Shown here in pieces: positions 9,313 through 20,700 of a DNA stretch of 64,000 nt (position 1 is its first letter; the number at the start of each line of letters is the position of its first letter). A program made the translations under genes and the position numbers. The stretch comes from an uncultured Acidobacteriota bacterium (GTDB lineage Bacteria; Acidobacteriota; Thermoanaerobaculia; Multivoradales; SZUA-115), in assembly GCA_963805975.1 (NCBI GenBank), contig CAWDVR010000004.1, positions 160,001 to 224,000 of the forward strand, in the 5' to 3' direction. The notes beneath the pieces were generated by a model that saw nothing but the letters and a program-made list of their open reading frames with translations, had not been told where the DNA came from and searched no databases.

Positions 9313-9528
9313 CTAGTCTTTGCGGGCGTCGCTCGGGGCGTGCAACTGCGCTTGCACGTCGCGGTCGTCGTCCGTCTTGAGGCCCTTCTTGAAGTTGCGG
9401 ATACCCTCGCCCAGGCTGCGGCCGAGGTTGGGCAGCTTGGCGGCGCCGAAGATCAGCACGAAGATCGCCAGGATGATCAGCAGCTCGGGAACTCCGAGAC
9501 CGCCGATGAGACCAGCCACGCTCAGCAT
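9313..9528 (-). CDS. tatA: Twin-arginine translocase TatA/E
   Basis: [10 protein letters not shown]....[24 protein letters not shown]. Confidence 0.93.
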   Translation of the reverse strand: MLSVAGLIGGLGVPELLIILAIFVLIFGAAKLPNLGRSLGEGIRNFKKGLKTDDDRDVQAQLHAPSDARKD

Positions 9529-9578
9529 GATTGCTCTCCCGGAGCGCGCTCGGTACGAAAAGCCGGCTTCGCGCTCCT

Positions 9579-10571
9579 CTAGGTCGATCGAGTGTAGCAG
9601 AAGGCGCTCGCCGCGACCCGCTGGGACAGCGCGGGCGCCGCGCGCTCGCCTTCCGGAGTGCGCTCGAGATGGTACAGGGCACGCGCCAGGGTTGGCGGGA
9701 CGAGCGGCAGATGACGATCGACGCCGCGCCTCGCAAACGCGGCGAAGGTGCCGACGGCCTTGAGCGTGCGCTGCGCCGCGGCCCGATGGTAGGCGAGGCG
9801 ATCTGCCTCGGCGGGGAGCTGACCCGCGAGGACCTCTTCCGCCAGCGGCGGCGGCGGAAACAGGCTGTCGTTGAGCAGCGAGGCGAGATCGTAGAAGGGC
9901 GGCCCGAGCCGCAGATCCTGATGATCCAGCACCCACAGATCGGCGGCAGAGGTCTCGCCGGGGACCTCCATTCGAGGCACCAGGTTACGCGCCATGAAAT
10001 CGCGGTGGCAGGGCGTCGCGGGAGAAGAAGCGAGCGCTTCGCACAGCGCCTCGAGCGCGCCTTCGAGGCGCTGTGCCTCGGCGGTGCTGCCCGCGAGGCC
10101 CTGCGGCTCGAGGAACACCTCCCAGGTCTGCCGAAGCTCGCGGCCGAGAAGCTCGCGGTCGAGAGGCGGGTTGAGCTCGGCGACGGCGGCGGAAGGCAGG
10201 CGCTCGATGCGCTTCACGATGGAGAGGGCGCGGTGGAAAAACGGCGCGAGCGCCGTCCACGGCTCGGCTCCGCGGTCGTAGAGCGTCTCTTGCCCCACGT
10301 CCTCGACCAGCATGAAGCCCCGCTCGCAGTCGCTCGTCACGACGCGCGGCACGGGCACGCCGGCCTCCTCGAGGAGCCGAGTGGTGGCGAGGAAGCGGCG
10401 GCAGGAGCCGAGGATCGAGGGTGGGTAGATGGCGAGGATCACGGTGCCGCCGGCCGGCGAGGCGAGGCGCGCGTAGCGGCGCACGGAGACGTCGCCGGGC
10501 AGGGCCGCGAGCGTCTCGGGTGCGTAGCCTCCTGCACGCAGCCAGGAGGCAGCTTCCAGCATCGAGTCCAT
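9579..10571 (-). CDS. Aminoglycoside phosphotransferase-family kinase, AmgK (MurNAc 1-kinase)-like
   Basis: [46 protein letters not shown] motifs. Confidence 0.8.
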   Translation of the reverse strand: MDSMLEAASWLRAGGYAPETLAALPGDVSVRRYARLASPAGGTVILAIYPPSILGSCRRFLATTRLLEEAGVPVPRVVTSDCERGFMLVEDVGQETLYDRGAEPWTALAPFFHRALSIVKRIERLPSAAVAELNPPLDRELLGRELRQTWEVFLEPQGLAGSTAEAQRLEGALEALCEALASSPATPCHRDFMARNLVPRMEVPGETSAADLWVLDHQDLRLGPPFYDLASLLNDSLFPPPPLAEEVLAGQLPAEADRLAYHRAAAQRTLKAVGTFAAFARRGVDRHLPLVPPTLARALYHLERTPEGERAAPALSQRVAASAFCYTRST

Positions 10572-10614
10572 CGCGTATAATCCTCGGCGGTTCTAGAGCG
10601 GGAAGCATAGACGA

Positions 10615-10923
10615 ATGAAGAAGCAGGACGCCGATCTCCGAGAGCTGCTGCGCGATCTTGGTCGCGCGCTCTCCCAGTCCATCGCCCGCTCACCCGAGAT
10701 CGGGCGAACCCTGCGCCGTTTCCACGACGAGGGTTACACTTTGCACCTGACCCTCGACTGCAAGCGCCAGCCGCCGGCGGTGGAGCAGGTGCCTTTGGCC
10801 CGTCCCTCGGCCCGTCAGAACACGGCCGGGGAGCCCAGCTTCACGATCGACGCGCGCGATCTCTCGTTCCTGCGCTCGATCGGCATCGATCCCACCCGAC
10901 GCTTGCGTCGACGCAGGGCCTGA
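10615..10923 (+). CDS. Hypothetical protein
   Basis: Clean ORF with TATAAT at 10576-10581 upstream; C-terminal DLSFLRSIGI motif; abuts rlmN. Confidence 0.7.
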   Translation: MKKQDADLRELLRDLGRALSQSIARSPEIGRTLRRFHDEGYTLHLTLDCKRQPPAVEQVPLARPSARQNTAGEPSFTIDARDLSFLRSIGIDPTRRLRRRRA

Positions 10924-11997
10924 GCACGATCCTGAGCATCTCCAAGCCTTCGCTCCTGGGCCTTTCGCGGAGCGAGCTGGCCGCACGGCTCGCCGAGGTC
11001 GTCGACCGCCCGTATCGCGTCGAGCAGATCTACCGCGCCTTGAACCACCGCGGGGTGGAGACGCTTCGATGCCATCACCGAGCTCGCCAAGCCTCTGCGC
11101 CAGGAGCTGGCGGCGTGCTTCGAGGTCGGCTCGCCGCATGTCGCCGACCGTCAGGCGGCCGGCGACGGCAGCGAGAAGTTTCTCTTCGAGCTGGCCGACG
11201 GCGCCACCATCGAGGCCGTGGACATACCCGACGGCGACCGCCGCACGCTCTGCATCTCGAGCCAGGCCGGCTGCGCACTGGCCTGCAAATTCTGCGTCAC
11301 CGGTTTCTGGGGCGCGGGGCGCAACCTGACGAGCGGCGAGATCGTCGGCCAGGTGCTCGCCATCCAGCGCGCTTCCGAGATCGAGTCTGCGGGTCTCAAC
11401 CTGGTGTTCATGGGGATGGGCGAGCCGCTGCTCAACCTGCCGGCCCTCGAGGCGTCGCTCGCCATCCTGACCGAGTCGATCTCGTGGCGGCGGATCACGG
11501 TTTCGACGGCCGGCGTGGTGCCGGGCATCGACGCGATGGCGAGCTGGGAAAAACGCCCCAACCTCGCCGTCTCGCTGCACGCACCGGACGACGAGCGGCG
11601 CGACCAGGTGATGCCGATCAACAAGAGCTACCCGCTCGCCGAGCTGCTGGCCGCGGTGGCCCGCTTCCCGCTGGAAAAAGGCCGCAAGATCACCTTCGAG
11701 TACATCCTCATCCGCGGCTTCAACGACCGGCTCGCCGACGCCGACCGGCTGGCGAAGCTGGTGCGAAGACTGCCGGCGAAGGTGAACCTCATCCCGATCA
11801 ATCCCGACCCGGCGCTCGGCAGCAGCATGGTGCCGCCCGCGGATGCCCAGGTGGACCGGTTCCGTGATCGGCTGCGCGAGAAGGGTGTGCTCACCACCGT
11901 GCGGCGGCGGCGCGGCGACGACGTCAGCGCGGCCTGCGGCCAGCTCCGCGCCTTCGGCCGCGACCCGCGCGGGTTCAGGCTACGAACGGCGGTCTGA
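10920..11997 (+). CDS. rlmN: 23S rRNA (A2503-C2) methyltransferase RlmN, +1 frameshift near 11055-11064 (probable sequencing error); start approximate
   Basis: CISSQAGCALACKFC radical-SAM motif, FMGMGEPL, AACGQL; RlmN-like N-terminus (SLLGLSR..L...PYRVEQIY) lies in another frame. Confidence 0.9.
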
Positions 11998-12675
11998 GTA
12001 CCGCCAGATGAGCGCCACGTTGCGGCCGGCGGCGGTGCCGTCGCGGCGGTAGCTCGACAGCCGCTCTTCCGAGCAGCGCGTGCACACTGGGATCTGGTGC
12101 ACCCGCTCGACTCCGGCCCGTGCGAGCTGTGCCGCCACCGCGGCGCCGAGGTCGAGGTGGGGCCTCGCACTACGGCCGGGGCGCGCGCAATCGGTTCCCG
12201 CCGCGGCCGAGACCTGGCCGGCGACCTCTTCGCTCACCTCGTAGCAGCACGGCCCGATCGCCGGGCCGATCCATGCCGTGAGGTCCGCCGGCGACGGCAT
12301 GGCCGCGACCGTGGCTTCGACCACGCGGGCTGCGATGCCCCGCCAGCCGGCGTGCACCGCGGCCACGGCGCCCGCGCCGCCCAGGAGCACCGGCACGCAA
12401 TCGGCCGTCACCACGAGCACGGCCAGGTCCGGCTGCGCGGTCCACAGCGCGTCGCCCTCGCCGCAGGCGCCGGGCGACGCCTCTCGCACCTGGGCGGAGT
12501 GGATCTGCTGCACCCACGCCGTGGAAAGGTGCGGGCTCTCGCCCAACTGGGCGGGGAGCGTGGCCCGCTCCCAGGCAGGGCCGCGGCCCACGAAGCGGAC
12601 CTCGATCTCCGGGGTCGAGTCGCGCCACAGCCAGAAGCCGTGCTGCCTGGTAGGAGCTGACGAGGTCTCGGCCAT
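11980..12675 (-). CDS. pgeF: Peptidoglycan editing factor PgeF/YfiH (polyphenol oxidase family)
   Basis: QIHS, TADCVPV, HAGWRG, IGPAIGPCCYEV, CTRC..SYRR motifs. Confidence 0.92.
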   Translation of the reverse strand: MAETSSAPTRQHGFWLWRDSTPEIEVRFVGRGPAWERATLPAQLGESPHLSTAWVQQIHSAQVREASPGACGEGDALWTAQPDLAVLVVTADCVPVLLGGAGAVAAVHAGWRGIAARVVEATVAAMPSPADLTAWIGPAIGPCCYEVSEEVAGQVSAAAGTDCARPGRSARPHLDLGAAVAAQLARAGVERVHQIPVCTRCSEERLSSYRRDGTAAGRNVALIWRYSDRRS

Positions 12676-12717
12676 CGCGGCTGGATTGTACCCACGATAG
12701 ACTGCGCCCAAAACGTC

Positions 12718-13542
12718 GTGATCCGCTTCTTCAACGTCGGCAAGCTCTACTTCGGCGACCAGCCGGCGCTCTCCGACCTCACCTTCCACATCCCGCGCGG
12801 CGAGCTGGTGTTCCTGACCGGCGCGAGTGGCGCCGGTAAGACCACGCTGCTCAAGCTGATCTTCCGCCAGGAAGCGCCGACCAGCGGCCAGATCCTGGTC
12901 AACGGCCGCAACGTCTCCTCCATCCCGGAGAGCAAGATCCCCTATCTGCGGCGCACCATCGGGGTGGTGTTCCAGGACTTCCGCCTCATCCCCAGGAAGA
13001 CCGTGCTCGAGAACGTGACCTTCCTGCCGCGCATCCTCGGTATGGATCTCGCCGAGCGCAAGCGGCTGGCTTTCGAGGCGTTGCGGCGGGTCGGCCTCGC
13101 CGACCGCATCCATGCCTTTCCCCAGCACCTCTCGGGCGGCGAGCAGCAACGGGTGGCAATCGCGCGGGCGATCATCAACGAGCCGGAGCTGCTGCTCGCC
13201 GACGAGCCCACCGGCAATCTCGACCCCGATCTGTCGCGGGAGATCGTGCGCCTCTTCCTCGAGATCAACCGCCGCGGGACGACGGTGATCCTCGCCACTC
13301 ACGACCGCGACCTCATCCAGCGGGTCGGTGGCAGGATCCTGACCCTGGACCGCGGCCGGCTGGCGCATGACCAGACGATCGAAGCGAGCGATGCGGATCT
13401 CGTGGCGCCCGGAAAGGGAGAGTGGGCCCAGCGCGAGGAACCGAGCGAGCCGGCGGACGAGGAAGCTCCGGCCGAGGCTCCGGGCGCGGCGGCCGATGCG
13501 GTGGCAGGCGAGGAAGCCCGGGCCTCGGAGGAGGGGGCATGA
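12718..13542 (+). CDS. ftsE: Cell division ATP-binding protein FtsE
   Basis: GASGAGKTT, IPYLRR.IGVVFQDFRL, LSGGEQQRV, LADEPTGNLD; followed by ftsX. Confidence 0.95.
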   Translation: MIRFFNVGKLYFGDQPALSDLTFHIPRGELVFLTGASGAGKTTLLKLIFRQEAPTSGQILVNGRNVSSIPESKIPYLRRTIGVVFQDFRLIPRKTVLENVTFLPRILGMDLAERKRLAFEALRRVGLADRIHAFPQHLSGGEQQRVAIARAIINEPELLLADEPTGNLDPDLSREIVRLFLEINRRGTTVILATHDRDLIQRVGGRILTLDRGRLAHDQTIEASDADLVAPGKGEWAQREEPSEPADEEAPAEAPGAAADAVAGEEARASEEGA

Positions 13543-14450
13543 CCTTCACCAAGGCCCTCCTCTACTTCCTGCGCGAGGCGTCGCTCAACCTCGTGCGGAG
13601 CTGGAAGGTCAGCCTGGTGGCGGTCGCTACCATCGCCGTCAGCCTCTTCGTCGGCGGAGCCTTTCTGCTCTTGTCCGGCAACCTGGCGGCGGTGGTCGAG
13701 CAGTGGCGGCGGGAGACCAAGGTGGTGGTGTATCTGGTGCCCGGAGCCTCGGCCTCCGAGGTGGCGGCCCTCGCCGCCGAGGCCCGCGACCTGCCCTGGG
13801 CAGAAGGTGTCGAGGCGGTGGAGGAGAGCGCGGCGCGGGAGCGCTTTCAGCGCCTCTTTCCCAGCCTCGCCGACCTGGTGGAGGGTGGTTCGTCCCAGGA
13901 GCCTCTTCCCGCCTCGATCGAGGTGTCCTTCGACCCGGACCGGGCCGATCCGCAAGCCATCGCGGCCTGGATCCTGGCGCTGCGGGCGCGTCCCGCCGTG
14001 ACCATGGTGGACGACGACCGGGAGTGGCTGGCCGAGCTCGGCACCCTCGTGGCGCTGGCGCGCGGCATCGGTCTGGGGCTGGGCCTGATCCTGCTCGCGG
14101 CGGCGGTGTTCACCATCGCCAGCGTCGTCCGCCTGACGGCCTACCTCTACCACGACGAGATCGCCATCATGCGCCTGGTGGGGGCCACGGAGTTCTTCAT
14201 CCGCGGGCCCTTCTACGCCGAGGGTCTGCTGCAAGGCCTGCTGGGAGCCGTTCTCGCCGGCGGCGGCCTGTTCACCGCCTTCCACGCGCTGGCACCCAAG
14301 GCCAGGGCTTCCGCCTGGGGTGGGCTGGTCCTGAGCCGGTTTCTGCCTCTCTCTCAGCTCGCCGCGCTGATCGCCCTGGGAGCTGCCGCCGGCCTGGTGG
14401 GGGCGATCCTGTCGCTGCGCCGCGAGAAGCTCACCACGGTCGAGGAGTAG
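13539..14450 (+). CDS. ftsX: Cell division permease FtsX
   Basis: 4 TM helices, EIAIMRLVGAT..FIRGPF..EG motif; ATGA overlap with ftsE. Confidence 0.93.
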   Translation: MTFTKALLYFLREASLNLVRSWKVSLVAVATIAVSLFVGGAFLLLSGNLAAVVEQWRRETKVVVYLVPGASASEVAALAAEARDLPWAEGVEAVEESAARERFQRLFPSLADLVEGGSSQEPLPASIEVSFDPDRADPQAIAAWILALRARPAVTMVDDDREWLAELGTLVALARGIGLGLGLILLAAAVFTIASVVRLTAYLYHDEIAIMRLVGATEFFIRGPFYAEGLLQGLLGAVLAGGGLFTAFHALAPKARASAWGGLVLSRFLPLSQLAALIALGAAAGLVGAILSLRREKLTTVEE

Positions 14451-14483
14451 ACGCGCCGGGCTCGCGGTCCACGAGAGCGGCCC

Positions 14484-14513
14484 AAAGAAAAAGGGCAGCC
14501 ACAAGGCTGCCCT
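14484..14513 (-). terminator. Rho-independent terminator after the OmpA-family gene
   Basis: Perfect 9-bp stem AGGGCAGCC/GGCTGCCCT with a 4-nt loop, followed by a U-tract on the minus strand; a second hairpin lies at about 14526-14554. Confidence 0.8.
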
Positions 14514-14565
14514 ACCGAAATCGGTGCAGGAGCGACCCTCGGGGTCGCCCCTGCCGGATGGATCC

Positions 14566-15909
14566 CTACCGCACCTTCAGGATGATCACCGCGCGACGGT
14601 TCTCGGCCCGGCCGGCGGCCGTCGAGTTGTCGCCCACCGGGTCCGCTGAGCCGCGTCCCTCGGTGGTGATCCGCGCCGGGTCGATGCCGTGGCGGGTCAC
14701 CAGGTACGACTTCACGGCCTCGGCGCGGCGCTCGCTCATCCGCAGGTTGGTGGTGTCTCCACCCTGGTTGTCCGAGTAGCCGATCACCAGGGCGTAGCGC
14801 GCCGCGTCGTTCTTCATCCGCAGGGCCACCTCGTCGAGGGTAGCCTTGCAGCGGTTGTCCACCCGGGCGCTACCGGCCGCGAACTGGCAGACCTCTTCGA
14901 TGGTCGGCGGCGGCGGAGGAGGCGGCGGGGGTGCCGGCGGCGGAGGCGTCGGCGGCTTCGGCGGTGGCGGCGGTGGGGCAGCCGGCGGGGGAGGAGCGAT
15001 CTCCTCGACCGGCGGTGGCGGCGGTGGCGGTTCCGGCCGCGGGAAGTAGGAGAGGCCGATCAGCCCACCCAGCGGGCAGAAGGTGTCGGTGTCGTCGACC
15101 TGGGACAGATTGGTGCGGAAGCCGAAGTTGAAAGACCAGTTCGAGCCCTCGCCGAACCACAGGCGCCCGCCGGTGGTGAGGTCGATGTCGTCGTCCGGCT
15201 TGGCGTCGCCGCCGTTGTAGATGGTGGCCGAAAGCTCGGTGATCCAGGCCAGCCGATCGTTGACGTCGAAGACGTAGCCGACGCCGGCCAGGATCTCCTC
15301 CGGGACGTCGAAGTTGTCGGCGTCGCCCGGATCGCGGTAGCCAAGGTTGAGCACCCAGCCGCGGACGTCGTAGGCGAGGCCCAGGCCGAAGCCCGTGTCG
15401 CCCGTCACCACGCCTTCGTCTTCGTCGCCGGTGGGCAGCTCGACGAAGGCGTTCAGCCCGAAGTGGCTGTCGTCCTCCGAGTAGAGGTTCCACTTGGCGC
15501 CGACGCGGGCGTTGGCGATGCCGCTGGCATCGACCTCGTTGATGAACAGCCGGCCGTTGACCAGGCCGAGGGTCTGGTTCTCGCTCCCGTCGAGGATGTC
15601 GTAAGGCAGCAGCACCGAGACCTCGAAGCGGTCGGTGAAGCCATAGCCTGCGCTGGCGCTCAGCCGGTGGAAGTCATAGGCGAGGTCATTGGTGAAGCCG
15701 GGCGGTGTCGCAACCGGTGCGACGAGGCGGTCCCAGTTGTTGTAGTAGAGGCCGAAGGACCAGCCGCCCTGAGGCAGGGTAGAACCCGACAACAAGCTGA
15801 AGTAGCCGGTTTCACCCGTGATGCTAGGGCCATTGGCGCCGTGGTCTGCGAAACTAGGCGCGGCCAGCAGGCCGAGAGCAGCGCACCAAGCAATTCTCCG
15901 TTTCATCAC
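14566..15909 (-). CDS. OmpA-family outer membrane protein (N-terminal beta-barrel, Pro-rich linker, OmpA_C PG-binding domain)
   Basis: Signal peptide, amphipathic beta strands, poly-Pro linker, N..MSERRA.AV..YL and NRRA motifs. Confidence 0.9.
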   Translation of the reverse strand: MMKRRIAWCAALGLLAAPSFADHGANGPSITGETGYFSLLSGSTLPQGGWSFGLYYNNWDRLVAPVATPPGFTNDLAYDFHRLSASAGYGFTDRFEVSVLLPYDILDGSENQTLGLVNGRLFINEVDASGIANARVGAKWNLYSEDDSHFGLNAFVELPTGDEDEGVVTGDTGFGLGLAYDVRGWVLNLGYRDPGDADNFDVPEEILAGVGYVFDVNDRLAWITELSATIYNGGDAKPDDDIDLTTGGRLWFGEGSNWSFNFGFRTNLSQVDDTDTFCPLGGLIGLSYFPRPEPPPPPPPVEEIAPPPPAAPPPPPPKPPTPPPPAPPPPPPPPPTIEEVCQFAAGSARVDNRCKATLDEVALRMKNDAARYALVIGYSDNQGGDTTNLRMSERRAEAVKSYLVTRHGIDPARITTEGRGSADPVGDNSTAAGRAENRRAVIILKVR

Positions 15910-16048
15910 ATTCCCCCATTTCTTGGTGTCCGAGACCCGAGGCGCTTGAAGGAATCTCGGTATCTTTACAATCCCGTTTGGAATGGTAGCACAATATAAG
16001 CCGCGGGGACCTTGCGGCAGAGGGGCCCCCGAGCCTGCGGTGAGGGGG

Positions 16049-16885
16049 TCAACGCGAGGAAAGTAGCTGATTCACGCGTTCCAGGAACGCCTTGCCCTGG
16101 TTCGCTCCCAGCTCGGCCGAGAGGATCTTCTCCTCGGCCCGCACCAAGTCCAGCAGCGCATCCACCAGCCGCCCGCTGGCGAGCTCGGCCTGGCTCAGGC
16201 GATAGGACGCGTCGAGCAGCCCCGGCTGGCCCTGGGTGCCCTGGCCCTGGGCTCCGAGGAGGCCGCGGGCCGTCTGGTGCACCTGCTCGAGGAGAGCTCC
16301 CGCCTCGTCGTGCGAGAGCCTCTGCAAGCGCTCGACGGCCAGCCGGCTGACCTCCTCGTTGAGCGCGATCAGGCCCGAGGTGATCATGCCGTAGAGCAGC
16401 TTGCAGACGTCGAACGGGCTGTCGCCCACGGCGATCGCGATCTCCTCGATCGACCGCCGTTCGTCGATCTTCGAGATCAGGTTCCATTCCGCAGGCGAGA
16501 GCGAGACCGAGGTCTTTTTCGCCTGGTTGGTGAAGACCGGCACCAGGCGGGTGGAGGGGATGCGCTTGCCGAGCACCTGCCACTCGTCGATGCGGCGCGC
16601 CGCCTCCATCAGGAGATTGGTGTTGGAGCGCTTGATGGTGGAGGCCGGCGAGGTCTTGCCGGGGTGGAACACGAACTCGCCCTCGTTCCACACCGCGAGC
16701 TCGTAGACCGCCTCCTCGCCTTCCAGGTTGCCGGCCTTGGCATGCACGATCTGGCCGTCGCGCAAGTAGATCTCGCCGCTCGTGGCGCCGTTCCTGAGAT
16801 TGAAGACCCCGGTCTTGCCCGATACCGATACGAGCTGCACGATATCTGGCAGCGGAAGCTCTTTGAGCGATCCCTGAAACGCCAT
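16049..16885 (-). CDS. DUF4388 (PATAN-like) domain protein with winged-helix and helical tail
   Basis: FQGSL..LPLPDIVQL....KTG, G.IY..DGQIVHA, GEEAVY.L..W.EG.F.F, LLMEAARRIDEW. Confidence 0.85.
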   Translation of the reverse strand: MAFQGSLKELPLPDIVQLVSVSGKTGVFNLRNGATSGEIYLRDGQIVHAKAGNLEGEEAVYELAVWNEGEFVFHPGKTSPASTIKRSNTNLLMEAARRIDEWQVLGKRIPSTRLVPVFTNQAKKTSVSLSPAEWNLISKIDERRSIEEIAIAVGDSPFDVCKLLYGMITSGLIALNEEVSRLAVERLQRLSHDEAGALLEQVHQTARGLLGAQGQGTQGQPGLLDASYRLSQAELASGRLVDALLDLVRAEEKILSAELGANQGKAFLERVNQLLSSR

Positions 16886-17002
16886 CTGACCTCGGCTCTG
16901 CGGTTGTGGGGGCTCGCGGCCTTGACCGCCGGCTGCCTAGTATACGGCGAGGATCGGGCGCGCCGGGAGAATCTGCGCAGACTTTGTTGCCGCCGCGCTC
17001 TT

Positions 17003-17506
17003 TCACGCACGGGGAGGCGCGGCGCGCAGCGTGTCCATGCGCAAACGGTGGGCGCAGCACACGGCGATGGCGAGCGCGTCGGTGGCGTCGCTCGCCAGGG
17101 GGTCGGCCGGCAGGCGGAGCAGCAGGCGCACCATCTTCGCCACCTGGTCCTTCTCGGCGCGGCCGTTGCCGGTGACCGCCAGCTTCACCTCGGCGGGCGA
17201 GAACTCGCGGATCTCGGCGCCCGAGAGCGCCACCGTGGCGAGCAGGGCGCCGCGCGCCTCGGCGAGGACGATCAGCGAGCGCGAGTTGATGCCGCGGTAG
17301 GGGGTCTCGATGGCCACCAGGTCCGGCTGCCAGCGCTCGAGGAGATCTTTCGTCTCGACCACGAGCCGCGCCAGCCGGGCGGGAAGAGGGCTGCTCTTGA
17401 GGCTCGTCACGCGGCCCACGGCCAGGCTCTCGATGCGGGAGCCCGCGGCCTGGACGATGCCGAAGCCGGTGTGGATGCTGCCAGGATCGAGGCCCAGGAT
17501 GCGCAC
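17003..17506 (-). CDS. ruvC: Crossover junction endodeoxyribonuclease RuvC
   Basis: ILGLDPG, AIE, LAEARG, VKLAVTGNGRAEKDQV, DATDALAIA motifs. Confidence 0.95.
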   Translation of the reverse strand: MRILGLDPGSIHTGFGIVQAAGSRIESLAVGRVTSLKSSPLPARLARLVVETKDLLERWQPDLVAIETPYRGINSRSLIVLAEARGALLATVALSGAEIREFSPAEVKLAVTGNGRAEKDQVAKMVRLLLRLPADPLASDATDALAIAVCCAHRLRMDTLRAAPPRA

Positions 17507-17670
17507 GGGAGGTTTCGTCGCGGCCGCACGTGGCCGAGGAATGGCGCGGCGGTACGGACACCCCATTCTAGGCGCGGGCCGGGCTCCGACCCAAGAAACG
17601 AACCTCGCGGCGGCCTGGCCGAAGCACGCTAAGTGCAACTAAGCGCTGGATTTCTCGTTCCTGAGGTCGA

Positions 17671-17700
17671 TTGACCTCGGGGGGCTCGGAGTGCTAAAAA
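17671..17700 (+). promoter_or_regulatory. Putative sigma70 promoter with a palindrome overlapping the -35, upstream of the kinase-TonB gene
   Basis: TTGACC, 18 bp spacer, TAAAAA with extended TG; inverted repeat GAGGTC-N4-GACCTC at 17663-17678. Confidence 0.4.
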
Positions 17701-17751
17701 GGGCGTCTTGCTAGTGGTCCCCGGGAGTTAGAGTTGCCGGAGTCGAGCGCC

Positions 17752-20700
17752 ATGCCGCAGATCTACGTCGTCGAGCCCGAGAGTCGCCATGTCGAGCGCA
17801 TCCGCGATGCGCTGGCCACGGAAGCCGGTTGGTCGGTGGTGGCCTTCGATCGCGCGGAGCGCGCGCTGCAGGCTGCGGCCGGCTCGGCGCCGGACCTGGT
17901 GCTGGTCAACGTGGAAGTGGAAGGCGCGGAAACTCTGCTCGCGACCTTCGCCAAGAGCCGCGGGGGCCGCGGCGTGCTGGCGCTCCTGCCCGAGCGTCGG
18001 GGCGCCGAGGCCGAGGCGTTCCGCGGCAGGGCGGACGACGTCCTCGTCAAGCCGTTCGCCGAGCAGGAGCTGCGGCTGGCGGCGAGGCGGGTGCTCACCG
18101 GCGCCAACGCGGAGGCGCTCGATTCGACCGGTCACAAGCTCACCTCGGCCGAAATATTCGGTGATCTCCTGGCCGAGTTCCAGGAAGCGCCGCAGGCGCG
18201 CCCGCGGCCGGCCGGCGCCTCGGACGAGGAGGTCCACCGCAAGCTCGAACAGACTCTCTCCGGCGTGCTGGGTCCGGCGCGCAAGGCCTCGCCTGCGCCG
18301 CCGGCAGCAGCTCCGGCCGCCGTTCCACCTTCGGCTCCACCCAGGAAGTCGAAGGCGGACCTGGACATGGACTCCCTGCTCTCCAGGCTCGACCTCGATC
18401 TCGGCCGCGCGCGCCCGGCGCCCAGGCCGGCCGCAACCACTGCGAGCCCGGCGACCTCGAGCCCGCCAGCTCCGGCGCCGAAGCCGATCGTCCCGAGCGC
18501 CGCTCCGGCGCAGAGCCCTCCATCGTCCGTGCTCGCGGTTCCGGTGTCGCCCCCGGCGGTGCTCGAGCCCTTGCCCGCACCGCTCGCCGAGCTCGAAGAG
18601 CCGCCACCCGTAGCGGCGGCAGCCGAGCCACCGGCTCTGCCCAAGGTCACGCCGCGCCCGGCACCGCCTCAGCCGCCGGTGTCGATCCGAGTGGCTCCGG
18701 AAGGTGCCACCACGCAGCGCATCCCGGTCATGGACCTGCCGGCGGCGGGCGCCGAAGGCCGCGAGTTCGGCCAGTACGCGCTGCTCGAGAAGATTGCCAT
18801 CGGCGGCATGGCCGAGGTCTGGAAGGCGCGCATGAAGGGCGTCGAAGGCTTCCAGAAGACGGTGGCGATCAAGAAGATCCTGCCCCATCTCACCGACAAC
18901 TCCGCCTTCGTCAGCATGTTCATCGACGAGGCCAAGCTCGCCGCGCAGCTCGCTCACCCCAACATCACCCATATCTACGACCTGGGCAAGATCGGCAACG
19001 ACTACTACATCGCCATGGAGTTCGTGGAGGGCCGTAACCTGCGCGCCCTGCTCAACGCGACGCGGCGGCAGGGGGTGCGCTTTCCGCTGGGCCTGGCGCT
19101 CCTGATCGGCGCCCGCCTGGCGAGCGCTCTCGACTACGCCCACCGCAAGAAGGGCTTCGACGGCCACGAGCTGGGCCTGGTGCACCGCGACGTCTCGCCC
19201 CAGAACGTGCTGATCAGCAACGAGGGCGACATCAAGCTCTGCGACTTCGGCATCGTCAAGGCGGTGGCGAAGGCGAGCCACACGCAGATGGGCGCGCTCA
19301 AGGGCAAGCTCCAGTACATGTCGCCGGAGCAGGCCTGGGGTCGGCAGGTGGACGGCCGCTCCGACCTCTTCTCGCTCGGCGCCATCCTGTTCGAGATGCT
19401 CACCGGCCGCCGCCTGTTCCCGGGCGAGAACGAGATCTCGGTGCTCGAGGCGGTGCGCGAGTGTCGCATCGAGTCGCCCAAGAGCCTCGTGCCCTCGACC
19501 CCGGACGAGGTGGACGCGCTGGTGAGGAAGGCGCTGTCCCGGGAGCCGGCCGATCGCTTCCAGACGGCCGGCACCATGCAGCAAGCGCTGGAGCAGGTGC
19601 TCCACGACCTGAAGCCTACCCAGGCCGATCTCGCGGCCTTCGTGCAAAAGCTGGCGAGCGGGCCCGGCCTGCCGGATGCGGACAGTGTCTCCGGCCTCGG
19701 CAGCGTCCCCCGTCTCGAGGACAAGGCGCCGTGGGCCGCGCCCGAAGCGGTGCGCCCGCTCGCCGCGCCTCCGGCGCCAGCCATGGCGATCGAGCCGGCG
19801 CGCCCCAAGCCGAGCGGCTCCGCGCCCCGGCCGATGCCACGGCCCGAGCCGGCGGCTCCCGCACGGGTGACGCAACATCACGTCCCTCCCCCCAAGGCGG
19901 AGGTGCTGGCGGTCGCGCCGCCGGCGGGCTCCGAGGTCGAGATCGAGGAGGGCGGCAGCCGCGGCCGGACGGGGCTGATCGCCGCCATCGCGGCCACGCT
20001 GCTCCTGGGCGCCCTGGGTGCCTGGGTGTTCCTGGGCCGCGGCAAGACCACCGAGCCGGCACCGGCGGCGACAGCGGACGAGAGCGGCCAGCCCACGGCC
20101 GGGGCCCACGCCCCGGGACAGGAGCCCGCGGGAGCCGGTGCAGAGACCGCCGAGGCGGCCGCCGCACCGGCCGCGAGTGAAGCTCTGCCGCCCGCCAATC
20201 TCGACGTCGCCCAGCTCGTCGACCGCGAGCTCGCCAAGCGCGAGCAGGATCTGCGCCGCAAGCTCGAGGCCGACCAGGAAAAGCTCGAGCAGCGACTGGC
20301 GGATGTCAAGGCCGGCGAGGACCAGCGGAAGGCGACCGAGGCACAGAAGGAACCGGCGAGCCCCCCGGCGAGCGCACCACCGGCCGCGGCGCCGCCCGCC
20401 GAGCCGGAGCCCAGCTCCGCCGAGCCCGAGGCAGTGCCCGAGGCGCGGACCGAGCCGGAGCGCGTGGCGCAGGCCGCACCGCCGCCGCCCGCCGCCGTCC
20501 CCGAGACACCGCAAGTCGAGCGCGGTCAGTTGGTCAAGATGGGACCGGGAGTGGTGCCGCCGTCGCTTGTCTCGTTCGTCAAACCGGAGTATCCTGCCGT
20601 CGCGCGCCGCCTGCGGATCGAAGGAGTCGTCGAGGCGGAGTTGCTGGTCGACGAGAATGGAGCGGTTCGCGAGGCACGCCTCAGCCAGCCGCTCCGGCAG

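Noticed and set aside
11055-11064. Programmed ribosomal frameshifting as the explanation for the broken rlmN, folC and ychF
   Set aside because: No shared slippery motif or stimulatory structure, and these families are not known to be recoded; sequencing error is more parsimonious
14900-15040. GGC/GGT-rich tandem repeats (also in the kinase linkers and near 44630)
   Set aside because: Encode poly-proline linkers; not CRISPR or VNTR elements
17689-17697. GAGTGCTAA, a CIRCE right half-site
   Set aside because: No TTAGCACTC left arm at 9-bp spacing and the downstream gene is not a chaperone
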